A stretch of 64,000 nucleotides of DNA from Octopus sinensis (taxonomy: Eukaryota): contig NC_043011.1 of the NCBI RefSeq assembly GCF_006345805.1, positions 50,914,464 through 50,978,463 on the forward strand, read 5' to 3'. Both the position numbers and the translations under genes were made by a program. The notes under the pieces were generated by a model. The model did no database searches. It had not been told where the DNA came from and worked only from the letters and a program-made list of their open reading frames with translations. Numbering within the stretch: position 1 is the stretch's first letter; each line of letters begins with the position of its first letter. Shown piece by piece: positions 12,075 to 24,375 of this stretch.

Positions 12075-12292
12075 TTTTCTACTGTAGTTAGGCACAAGGC
12101 CCAAGATTTTGGGGGGGAGGGGGCCAGTCGATTAGATCAACCCCAGTATGCAACTGGTACTTAATTCATCAACCCCGGAAAGGATGAAAGGCAAAGTTGA
12201 CCTCAATGGAATTTGAACTCAGAACGTAAAGATAGACGAAATACTGCTAGGCATTTCGTCCAGCATGCTATGTTTCTGCCAGTTCCCCACCT
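12075..12292 (-). mobile_element. SINE family B
   Basis: aaggatgaaaggcaaagttgacctc...gaatttgaactcagaacgt...tttctgccag. Confidence 0.85.
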
Positions 12293-12625
12293 TCATGTGA
12301 TAAAATGGTATTAACACAAAAATAATAGCTTCTATCAGATATATGCACAGTTAAATTAAACATATCTTCGTTGGTAATTTCATTGAACAGATTCTTAAGA
12401 ACAGACACGGAAAGTGAATAGACTGGAAATGGAGTCAAAATTTAGTGGAACCAATAATGAAAATTCTTCGCAAGTAAATGGAAAACGTCAATAAACTATA
12501 TCTGTGATTTGCCTAAGCATTTCATTCAAAATTCTCAACATCTGTTTTACTTATACCAACAAGTGTGTGTTTGTGGTATTCTTGTGCAAGTATGTGTAAA
12601 TAGTGAATGTTAGACATTTGATATG

Positions 12626-12628
<3 letters not shown>

Positions 12629-12694
<66 letters not shown>
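12629..12694. repeat. (GA)n microsatellite
   Basis: Pure GA run. A shorter one lies at about 13995-14027. Confidence 0.97.
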
Positions 12695-12698
<4 letters not shown>

Positions 12699-13991
12699 CA
12701 TAAGAAATGGTTGGGACTGATGTCCAGTCAGTGTTTATGATCTCCTGCTTTTCCTTTTCACGCAGATCTAGTCACTTGTAAGAAAGAGCTACTCTGCAAA
12801 AGGAGAAAACTAATCCCTGTTAATTCTCAAGCCGCTTCTTTCCCTCTGTCATCTGTATTGCGTCCCTTAGGAAATTAAACCAGAAGGAGTTCAGCAAATG
12901 GAAGAGAGGGTAAACAGACAAAGCTTTTTTTTACAGTCCTTAGATAAACTTCCATTACAGAAGTAGCTGACTGAAATCCAGAGAGAAACTCTTGACATGA
13001 TCAGAATTTAAGACACAGGGTGCAGGATGTATTTAGATAACAGCCCAGCAGTAAAATCTGATACATTACATGTGAGACTACATGGGGGTGATTAGTAACC
13101 AAAATCTGGACAAGGCTTGTTGTTATGCAGCCTTGATCCAGTAAGCCCAAGATGAATGGCATTCGAGCCATGACCATCCCATCTTTATTTGGGAATAATA
13201 TACTTAGGAATACATTGTCCAATGCGCCTGCTTTTGGAGATGATAAATTGGGCAGCTTGAGGGAAATTCTGCTGCTGTTTCTAGTAGGTCAAGTGATTAA
13301 ACAAGGTCATCCTTATGTTTTGTTTTTTGTCTGAAATGTGGAGAAACAGAAACAACCAAGTACCCAGGGCAGGGTCACCTATTCTTGAAAGGTTGATAAA
13401 TAAGTACAGTGTCTGTACTAGGATCAACTCAATTGACTGGGTACTCTTCTCTTGGGCCTTGACCCAATATCTAGACACTATTTGGTTTGGTTGGGTCAAA
13501 TGATAAAGTTTGCAGTTGGTTCTATGGCAGATGAACCTGAGAAAGATTAAAAGGAAGTATAAACCTAGAAACTGATAATAGACACACAAACTCTAAAGCA
13601 GGCAATGTGTGTTTTTGGCCGCTTACAAATTAGTAATCTAAAAATTCTTTGATAGATCTACTTATAATTCAACTTTGAGTTTGCAGTTTTACATTGCACT
13701 GTGCATGCAGCTGAGATACTTATCCAACCCTTTAAGCTGTGCAGCACAAAAAATAGACAGGCAAAACAAGGCTTAAGAAAGTCAAATGTAAGTGGGTACT
13801 GCAGTCCGAGTAGTAGCAGTACTGCAATTGAAACTTCTAGTAGGTAAAGACTGGAAAGGGACAGACTCTGCTGCACAAGTAAGAATTTTCTGTAGTCTAC
13901 TTACTTCTGATCCAATGATGTTTGGGACTTGCCACTATGTATAAACTAAAATATCAAAGCAGTTTTTGATATTTTGGAAATTCAACATCAT

Positions 13992-14030
<39 letters not shown>

Positions 14031-14114
14031 ATAACCTTCATGTTCACATACATGTCTGTTCATCTTTTAATCATAAAAATTTTAACTCATTGATTTTCTA
14101 ACACTTTACTTACT

Positions 14115-14349
14115 TATTTCTTTACTACCCACAAGGGGCTAAACAGAGAGAGGACGAACAAGGACAGACAAACGGATTAAGTCGATCATATCGACCCCAG
14201 TGCGTAACTGTACTTATTTAATCGATCCTGAAAGGATGAAAGGCAAAGTTGACCTCGGCGGAATTTGAACTCAGAACGTAGCGACAGACGGAATACCGCA
14301 AAGCATTTCACCTGGTGCGCTAACGTTTCTGCCAGCTTGCCGCCTTCAA
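14115..14349 (-). mobile_element. SINE family B, full length, 15-bp TSD
   Basis: aacactttacttact at 14100-14114 and 14350-14364. B-box-like gagttcaaattcc, and a central gactttgcctttcatcctttc..ggtcgat..aa.taagtac core resembling the Meta/MESC SINE domain. Confidence 0.92.
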
Positions 14350-14819
14350 AACACTTTACTTACTACACTGTGCAAGTGGTAGCTTGCAGATTATTGGGTA
14401 TATAAGTCCCTTGATAGAAAAAGGGCTAATAATTATATTCTGCCCCAAGGACTCTATTATATTTGAAACAAAATAAAATGATACTCGAACTTTCAATGGA
14501 TCAGCCCACCTAACTCTGAATTGCTATACTTCACCTCTATATCATTCATAAGTCTTTCATCAGCTTGTAAATTATAATCTAAATAAGATTCACCTACGAG
14601 GTCTCAAGGAGGAAGCAGTGTGTTTCAGATGTGACAGGAACAATAATCACAATGTGATTATTGTTATTCTTCCACTCACTATAGCTGCAAATACAGACAC
14701 ATTACACATTGGAGGTAGAACTAAACAGAATACTGTTGGAATTTTGTATGATAAAAAAAAGATTTCCACAGTTCTTAAAGAAATGTACTTACATTCAAAA
14801 ATAAATATTTTTTTCTTTT

Positions 14820-15012
14820 TAATTTTAGTACAAGGCCAGCAATTCTGAAGACCCCCGCCTACTACTTGGACAATACTTTGTTTTATCAACTCCAAAAGGA
14901 TAAAAGGCAAAATTTGGCTTTGGTGGGATTTGAACTCAAAGTGTAAAGAGCTGGAAGAAATACCACCAAGCATTTTGTCCAATGTGCTAATGTTTCTGCC
15001 AGCTTGTCAGCC
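14820..15012 (-). mobile_element. SINE family B, diverged
   Basis: Same motif order as the 12075 copy. Confidence 0.75.
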
Positions 15013-16576
15013 TTCAGAAATAATTACAAAATCACTTCTTTTTACTTTTACTACTCAGAAATTTTGTGCTTTTACAAATCCATTTGAATTGCAATTGTGA
15101 TTTTTTCCAACAACTTGTATGCATGCGTGTGTGCACACACACACACACACATATTGAAACACATCCAGAAGTTAAATATCAAGGCATGTATCCCAACATT
15201 AACAACAACGACAGTAACAAACTAACCTCAACTTTTTGAACAAGCAGCTCTTGTATATCCTCTTGAAATATAGTATTTCCTCTCAAGAAAGGCACTACTT
15301 AAATGATTATTTAATTGCACTCACATAAAAAGCTCAGCATGGTGACTTCACACACACAAACACAGCCACTTGTGATGTGGCTGATGGAGTCGGTACAGAT
15401 GGTAAAAAAGTTGGACTAATTAAAACAGTTAAATAAGTTTAGAAAAGTGAGAAGATGAGCCTGATAATAAAAACAGATTTTGAACCTAAGTACTATAGTT
15501 CAAATCCTACTTGGGTTGATTGAAACTAATAAAATAAGTAACTTGAGGTGTGGTGTGATTAGAAACCTGATATATCAGACTTGAATTCAGTCAGTTATTC
15601 TAATCAGGAAAAAATTGCAGTCTTGGTCAATTATACCCATTCAAGAAACCCAATGTGTATGAAGTAACAAAGTTTTTAATACTGCTGGCGCCTTAGGCAA
15701 GTGTTTTCTTTATAGCAGAGTTGACACAAGCCTTGTGAAGAGATTAAGTGGATAGAAACTGAAAGATCCACAACATGTATGTGCCCCCACCCAATCTTGC
15801 TATCTTGCAATAATTGTAAAGAAGCATCACCATTATACAAGCAGTATCATTTGTTTCCATAATTCTGTGAAAGCATGTCTGGCCACGAGAAAATATTTCC
15901 TTGCATGAAAACAAGTGAGGGTTAGCGACAGAGCACATCCTATACCATTAAATAACGAACTGGGGATAATTTAGAATCCACCTGTCCTATGTTTAGATTG
16001 GTATTGGTGTCATGGTAAGCAAGCAACAAACATTCCACATGGTTGTCAAAACAGGTATCACATTGACCACTTGATACCTACAGGATATTTTGTCAATAGA
16101 ATGTGAAATGTCGTCAAATATTGGCCTCACTTGGCTCAGTAACCGACATCTGTTCAAGAAATAAGTAGTTCTTCCTCAACTAAGGATAAATGCAGTTGTA
16201 TTGCAGAATTCTTAAGATATATAAAAGTTATCACAAAGAAGGGAACCATTGTTATGACAATATGTGAAAGAGACATTGTTCACTACAGAAGCAGCATACT
16301 AGCTGTTAAATATTTATTGAATACAAGTCTGAAAAGCTGAAAGCAATGTCTTGACACACTTGAAAATACTTCAATTCTGACAATGAAACTTATTGAAAAA
16401 ACAAGCAAAGTATCAGAGAAGCATGCTGGATAAATAATTAAATGGACCCAGTTGCCATGTTAACACATGAAACAGATTTTTTTTTTAAATCATGTAATTG
16501 TAAGCATAAGTACTTCAATGCCCTGAAGTACAACAAACTTTACAATTAACAAATGATACTGTGAAATATCATAATA

Positions 16577-16806
16577 ACCTTTTTGATGCTAAATTTGCCT
16601 GAGACTGCTTTTGGTTCTACGATACAAACTTCCTGTTTAAAGTAATCTAAAATTTAAGCTTTCAATTAAAATTTCATGTGAATTTATGTTTCAAACACCA
16701 TCCTAATAATGGCAATGATATTATGTTAAACTCTCTTTATTATTTTCAAAATTAATTGAAATAAAGGCAGTGTGTTTTAACGGAAATGTAGTAACAAAAA
16801 GGTTAA
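16577..16806. mobile_element. piggyBac-like MITE family D
   Basis: taacctttttgatgc...gtaacaaaaaggttaa. Confidence 0.75.
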
Positions 16807-17524
16807 AGCTTGCTGTTTAAATGGTGATAGCATATTGTTCCACACATTTACATTGTTTCTTTCTTTCTATGTTTGCATGAGTTGGACAATGATGCAAATT
16901 TAGAAATTTACATTGATTATTGGAATATATAAAATTTTCAGTTGGGTGCTTTTTCGTTAATTCCTATAAATCAACAAGAAACCAGAAGCAGGACTCAGTC
17001 AGAGAGACTAAAGTGAATATAGTAACATTTCCTGCCTAAAGGTGTTTAAACCGGAATCTTTACTGAAGTCGATAGTCTGCAGTACCTTTCCAGTCATGAC
17101 AATAAACCACCCAACACAATAAAACAAACAGGCTAAGAACACTGGATATATAAACAAATAATAGCAATAAATAAATTGATTTTGTATCAAAGACTCATTA
17201 TATATATGATATGATTCTCAGTATACCCCCAAAAATAGAGCAAGTAATGTTTTGATCTGGTTAAATTTATTTTTGTTCTTCCTCAAAAATATCATAAACC
17301 AATTAATTTCACATTGATGATGGCCATCAAAATCATTAACATTGTTTCCTCATCCCTTGATTTAAAAAAAAAAAATTCTTTTGTTTTCTTTATCTATAGT
17401 TTAGGGAACTTTTCCATCATCTTACAGGAAAAAAAGTGTTCAGAAATAATTATTTGTGCTATTACACAACATTCCCTCTAATTTTTCTTAACCACTGAGT
17501 GGAACATTTTGTGCTTTCATTATC

Positions 17525-17922
17525 ACCATTTTTATGCCCACTTTTCCATACTTGGAATTTTTTAGAGGCAAATTTTCTACAGTTGGATGCTCTTCCTGTC
17601 ACCAATCCTCCCCTGTTTCCAATTATGATAATATTTCCCCATAGCCAGATATGTTTTCACTGAAAATTAGGAACAAAGGATATTGCTTGCACGATGGTAA
17701 TATTCATTTACAACTATCATGCAATGTCAAAGCAAAGAGACAGTAACATATGCACATATAAACACAACAGGCTTTCAGTTTCTGTCTACCAGATCTACTC
17801 ACCATGCTTTCTGGCCTGGGGCCATAGCAGAAGACACATGCCTATGGTGCCACACAGAAGGACGGAGACTGGAACCATGTGGTCAGGAAGCAAATTTCTT
17901 ACCACACAGCCATGCCTGTGCC
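17525..17922 (-). mobile_element. SINE family A head with (GAT)n-type tail
   Basis: Same organisation as 10960, 19600, 39050, 43365 and 56460. Confidence 0.75.
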
Positions 17923-18261
17923 TAGTGAAAATATTTGAAATTCAAAGCTACTATGCAACATTTAAACCTCCATACAGTTTATGAAACATGTATTTGTAAA
18001 TTAAAACACATGGCAGCATATTGGTTGCTGCAGCACTCATACAGCAACCGAGTGGCCATGCAGCTTAGAAAGAATATTGCATATAACTGAAATCAGTGAA
18101 TCATGAATTTATTGTTTCACTTGCAAGGCACTATTATTTTTCTTTCTGGTTTCCCTAACTGAAATATAACAGCTTTCCTTTTCCACTGCCCAGTCTATAA
18201 TGTAAAAAAGACAATGCAAGCAAGAGATGTCAGCCATATCAACCACACAAATTGTATATTT

Positions 18262-18445
18262 ATCATCATTTAATATCCGTTGTTCATGTTGGTATGGGTT
18301 GGGCGGTTTGACTGGGCTGGCACGCTGGAAGGCCACACCAGACTCCAGTCTGATTTGGCATGGTTTTCTACAGCTGGATGTCCTTCCTAACGCCAACCAC
18401 TCCAAGAGTGTAATGGGTGCCTTTATGTGCCACTGGCATGGGTGC
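18262..18445 (-). mobile_element. Family C retroposon, older copy
   Basis: tcatcatttaa...ctggatgtccttcctaacgccaaccact...gggtgcctttatgtgccac. An opposite-strand diverged copy lies at about 18770-18975. Confidence 0.8.
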
Positions 18446-19599
18446 TAATTTGCATGACACTGCCATCTGCTACAACTGCAGTTTTGCTCAGCTTGATGGA
18501 TCTTCTCAAGCACGACATAATGCCAAAGGTCTTGATCATTGCCCCAGTCATTATAAAATAGGAAAATCTAATCCTTCTGGCAAAACAATAAGTAAAGGAT
18601 CAAACAACACCACTTGTCTTAAAGTCAGATTCCACTATTTTCTTTTCCAGCTAGGGTACCCACGTATCTCCTCTACAGCAAGACCCCTATTCCTATCCCT
18701 CTATCATACTCCATCCTCTCATCACCTGACATAATGCCATCTCCCTCAATACTATACACATTTGGTCATGGGTCTTGTCTTATGAGTTACTTGAAGAACT
18801 CAGTATTGCTGGTGCCATGTAAAAAGCACCCAGTATACCCTGTAAAGTGGTTGGCATTAGAATGGCCATCTGGCAATAGAAACCACACCAAAGCAGACAC
18901 TGGGGTTTGGCACATTACTCTGGGTCACCAGCTCCAGTCAAAACCATCCAATCTATGTCAGTATAGAAGACTCACTTAAGCAGTATCCATATTTTATTAG
19001 TTTCATGTTCCCATTCAACGGACAGTCTAGATTAAGACTGTGGATAAACCAACATTCTATTAAAACTTTTGAAATACACTGTTAAGCTGATGTTTGGAAC
19101 ATAAATTAATATGAAATTTTAATAGGAAGTTTTAATTCAGATCACTTTAAAAACAAAGAGTCTGTATCTTAAAACCAAAGCAGTCTCGGATGGCTTGGAA
19201 TCAAAAGATTTAAGGCTTATCTGACTCATTGGTGACCATATTTCTAATGAAATACACTGTCTATAGGTTTTAGTTAATTTTGAAGATAATAATCATGGGA
19301 GATTTATCATAAAAGAGAATAAGTTATTTGTTGTGAAAGTTAGTGTTTGGAATGTAACTTAATAGAAGGTTTTAATTTAAATACAAACAATTTATAACAA
19401 GGACTTGTAAAACCTGAGGCACTCCCAGGTGGGTAGCTATCAATAGAGTCAAACTAAACAATCGGTTGTTTTAGTTCACATATTTACATTTTGAATAAAG
19501 GCTACTTTATTTATGCGTAGATTTTCTTTTTTTATCATAACATGGGAGTACTTTTCACAACAGACTGCTAGTTCATTCTCATTAAAATAAATATATGTC

Positions 19600-19985
19600 A
19601 TCATTATCATTTTAGCATCCACTTTCCATGCTTGCAGAGGTTGAATGAAATTCATTGAGGAAGATCTTCTATGGTCTTTAGCCATTCCTGTCACCAATCC
19701 TAACCTGTTTCTAAATAAGGTAATATTCCCCCAAGTCAGACATGTTTCCAAGATAGATTGAAAATGAAAACGTGGCTTGTATGTTCAGAACTATCATATG
19801 ATGTCAAAGCAAGTAAACAGTAACACATACAGCAGGCTTCTTTCAGTTTCCATCAACTAGATTCATTCACAAGGCTTTGTTCAACCTGGAGCTATAGCAG
19901 AAGACACTTGGTCCAAGGTGCCACACAGTAGGACTGAACCTGAAACCATGTGGTTGGGAAGCAAACTTTTTAACACTCGCCACAT
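19600..19985 (-). mobile_element. SINE family A head with (GAT)n-type tail
   Basis: catcattatcattttagcatccactttccatgcttgca...gaagacacttggtccaaggtgccac...accatgtggttggg. Confidence 0.78.
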
Positions 19986-20322
19986 GCACGTGTGTGTGTG
20001 TGTCTGTGCATGGACATTTGAGCTCACTGACAAGTCAAATAGGCTAATCAATAGTTCAGAGAAGTATTTATCAAAAGGCCATAAAAGAAATCAACCTTAA
20101 AAATACTAAAGGAGAAAATCAGGGAACATATTGGCTTACCAATTCAAAAGTCAAAAAACTAAGACTGAACACCCAAAGCAACTTAACCAAAGATCATTTT
20201 GAAAAGAATAAACTCTTTCGATACATAACCTTCCTTTTCAGAACTAAAGCATCATTTGAATATAAAATTTCATCCAATGTAACATTAAATGAAAAATCCA
20301 AATACAAATTTACTAACATCAC

Positions 20323-20359
<37 letters not shown>

Positions 20360-21405
20360 AATAATAATAATAATGATGATGATGATAATGAGCTGGAAGA
20401 ATTGGGAGCATGGAAAAATGCCTTGCAGTATTTGTCCTGGCTCTAAGTCCAAATCCTGCTGAGGCCAACTTTGTCGTTCATCTTTTTGTAGTTAATAGAA
20501 TTGACTAAACCTACTCTCCTCCAAATTGTTGACCTTGCACCTAAATCAGAAACAACAGCTGCTGAGCAACTATCTATTCTAACATTTAACACAAGTTGTA
20601 GTGGAGCTGTGTCAGCAACCAACTTCACAGTTGTGCAATGAATATTTTGACAACTCATGAAATAAATTTATATTAGAAGTGAATTTAACTTTGTGTGCTA
20701 TTAAATGTCTACAATGATTCTTCCACAATATTGTTGCTAATAATTTTCTAGACTTATATAAAAATACACTTCCATTTTATCTAATTCCTATAATTTATTT
20801 GCAAGAATTTTTTTCATTTTGTTTAAATTCCAAAAAGAATTGGTGGAATGGTGGACAAAACAGTATGCAGTATTAAGTGACATTCCATGTTCAAACCCAT
20901 GGCATGATATAATATTGTACAAATACTAGTGGATGCAGGTATAGCTAAGTGGGTTTTAAGTTCACTTGGTAACAGGTTTGATCCCAGCATGTGACAATTT
21001 GATAAAAGTAGTTACCATAGTCTCATGCTAAACCAAACCATGTCAGTAAATTTGGGTAGGCAAATACTGTATAGAAACCTGCCAGCTACTGTATCTGTAA
21101 TTCAAATGCTTGGTTTTGTCACACACAGTGACACATTGATTCTACCTGAGAATTACATTTAGGATTGAAGTGTGAGTGAAATACTCAGCCATTTTACACG
21201 TTAATTCAACGAATAAGTTGTCCAATTGATCATCGATCAAACAAGTGGGGGCTTCAAAATATAATACCGAAACACTTTGGTTTTGGACACAGGGTACACC
21301 AACTAATTTGTTTTTTAAACTAACACAAAAAAATATGGTTGGACAAAGTGTTAATGTTATGAGCGATAATTAGAGCTAATGATGTGCTCCAGTGTACAAC
21401 ATTAA

Positions 21406-21624
21406 CCCTTTAGTATTTAAACCGGCCATATCCGGCCAAAATAGCTAATCTGTTTTATGTTCAAACTGACCAGATCCAGGCCCTCACACCTACCCTACAA
21501 TGTTATTCTACATTAAGTAATTACACCATCAAGATCTTGAAGATATGAGATAATGCATGATTAATTCAAATCAATGGGAATCAATAAGCATTATGTTTGA
21601 TAGAATAACCTGAACACTAAAGGG
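21406..21624. mobile_element. piggyBac-like MITE family E, intact ends
   Basis: TTAA|CCCTTTAGT...ACTAAAGGG|TTAA (TTAA at 21402-21405 and 21625-21628). Diverged relatives lie at about 27187-27600 and 51250-51460. Confidence 0.88.
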
Positions 21625-21923
21625 TTAAAGCAGTATTAATTGAAGAAAATAAATACATTTCTACACAACTTTATTTCTGAGCATAGATTTATTCTATTGA
21701 AGTGAATGCTTATAAACCACAGATATTATAAAATGGAATGTATCACCACCTCTATTACATAACAGTAAACAACAAACTGATTCTAGACATAAGGCATATC
21801 TAGCCTGCTGGGACCCATGCCTTCATTTACATTTCCTCTACTTTCCATGTTGGCATAGGTTAGACAGGTTGTCACAGTCTGATTAATTTCTTATTGGGAG
21901 CCATTTCTCTTATCATTCCTTAA

Positions 21924-22144
21924 CCCTTTCGTTACTGTATTTATTTTGAGATGCTCAATTTTTCTTTCAATTACTTTAAATATAACAAAGAATTTAGTAA
22001 AATAACTTAGTTATCATTAAGCTAGAGTTAGGAACATGAATTGTGACTAAGGTTTGGTGGAAGATTTTAGTTCAGAACTTTTGAAAACAAGGCATTTGTA
22101 TCACAGAGCCAGAGGCGACTTCAGGCAGGTTGGTATCAAAAGGG
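21924..22144. mobile_element. piggyBac-like MITE family D, intact ends
   Basis: TTAA|CCCTTTCGTTAC...GTATCAAAAGGG|TTAA, with imperfect 12-bp TIRs. Confidence 0.88.
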
Positions 22145-22370
22145 TTAAACAGTGTACTGAGTGTAGTCTTGTGACACCAGCATGAGAGAGGCTGTCAAGA
22201 ACTCAGTGAATTTGGGCTCTCATTCTCCTGCCAGTTGGTCAATGCCAACATATATATAAATATACAGTTACAGATATCTCAACAATCTTGCTAGTAGAGA
22301 AGTAAATTAATTGATACACATAGACAGTTTAGTCATTAGACATAAAAAAAAAAAAATGAAATGGTTTAAA

Positions 22371-22565
22371 TAGGTGCAGGAGTGGCTGTGCGGTAAGTAG
22401 CTTGCTAACCAACCACATGGTTCTGGGTCCCACTGCGTGGCATCTTGGGCAAGTGTCTTCTACTATAGTCCCCCGGCCGACCAATGCCATGTGAGTGGAT
22501 TTGGTAGACGGAAACTGAAAGAAGCCTGTCGTATATATGTATATGTATATATATATATATTATAT

Positions 22566-22625
<60 letters not shown>

Positions 22626-22836
22626 GTATGTGTGTGTGTGTTTGTGTTTGTCCCCCTAGCATTGCTTGACAACCGATGCTGGTGTGTTTACATCCCCGTC
22701 ACTTAGCGGTTCGGCAAAAAAGAGACCGATAGAATAAGTACTGGGCTTACAAAGAATAAGTCCTGGGGTCGATTTACTTGACTAAAGGCAGCGCTTCAGC
22801 ATGGCCGCAGTCAGATGACTGAAACAAGTAAAAGAG
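22371..22836 (+). mobile_element. SINE family A, full length, with expanded internal (TA)n
   Basis: Complete head, about 90 bp of TA-rich microsatellite at 22532-22623, and complete tail. Confidence 0.93.
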
Positions 22837-23631
22837 AGCTGATAGGTTTATGTAACAACATGGGGATTAAACTACAGGATTCTAAAGAGATGTAGTGGTT
22901 CTGTTGTTTAGTTCTACGCCAGCAATGATCATGCCAATCTTTGATGAAAAATGTCACAGTGGTAACCAATTACTTTTTATAGGAGGTAGTAGAGTGTGAA
23001 TCGGGAAAGAGTTAACTGCTACTTCAGCAGGTCAAGTACTATGTACCGGCTCATTTACTACCTCAAAATGATCAAACAGTTACTGTAATTGAGTTGCAGG
23101 TCAGCCCACATTAAGCAGGCTTATGAGCTAAGGCTTTCCAGCTGTGACCAACACATCTTTTATTCAGATAAAGCATATTTAAGCTAACATTATTTCAATG
23201 TACCTTTTCCTTCAGTAAGACGATAAAGTATGACTGCAATCTAAGAATCTTAGGTTAAGTGAAATGGAATTAATAACAAACTTTCAAAGAACTGATTAAC
23301 AACTAAGCAATTCTGCAATTATTTAACTAATTATAGTTGTTACAGTTCTGCTAGCACATATTTCAGTTAAGAAGAGCAACCAGTTAAGAAATATTAGCAA
23401 CCAGTTCATCACCCATCAACCTAATTACCAACATATATTTTCAGCACTTGACATTCCAAGAAATACAGGAATTTGTGCTCAACTTCATGGTTCATTTAAC
23501 ATTCAATTCACAGTTATCTCACCATTATTGAGTGTATAAAAACACACCAAATCATGTACAAGGAAATATGTACAACACCTGATTATATATACACTTTAGA
23601 TGAGTTGTAGTGCACCTGAGCACTGTACACA

Positions 23632-23662
<31 letters not shown>

Positions 23663-23664
<2 letters not shown>

Positions 23665-24375
23665 CTCTTTTACTTGTTTCAGTCATTGGACTGCAACTAT
23701 GCTGGAGGCACCACCATGAAGAGTTTAGTCAAACAAACCATCCCTAGTACATATTGAAAAGCCTTGTACTTATGGTCTCTATCTTTCTCTTTTTTGCTGA
23801 ACCACTAATTTATGGGGGATGTAGACTGGTTGTCAAGTGATATAAGGACAAACACACACGCATATATACATATATCTTGGGTTTCCAGACAGTTTTACTC
23901 AACCAAATTCACTCAGAAGGCACTGGTTAGCCTGAGCCTATAGCAGAAGACATTTGCTGTACAGTGGGACTGAACTCGAAACCACAAGACTGTGAAGTAA
24001 ACTAATTAACCACACAGGCATGCCTGTATGTGCATGTGCACCCAAAGCTTTCTATACAAGTTGAAATTTATCCATTTCAGAATTGTCTTCCTTTAGTAAA
24101 CAAGCATACTATACAAACAGGTTGGATAGCTTCAATGTCATACATAAAAACAAGGCACTTAAGAAGTTTGCTTCACTACCATGTGGCTTCAGAATCAGTT
24201 CTATTGTGCATCATCTTGAGCAAGTGTAGTCTGCTTGACAATCAGTGTAGGTTTGTTTATGTCCCAGTAACTTAGTAGTTTGGCAAAAAGAAACCAATAG
24301 AATAAGGACAAGAAAATTAAAACAAATACTGGCATTGGTTTCATGAACTTAAGGCCCTTCAACATGGTGCCCCAG
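23663..24375. mobile_element. Head-to-head pair of old family A SINEs (minus 23663-24025, plus about 24125-24375)
   Basis: Diverged matches to family A in opposite orientations. Confidence 0.65.
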
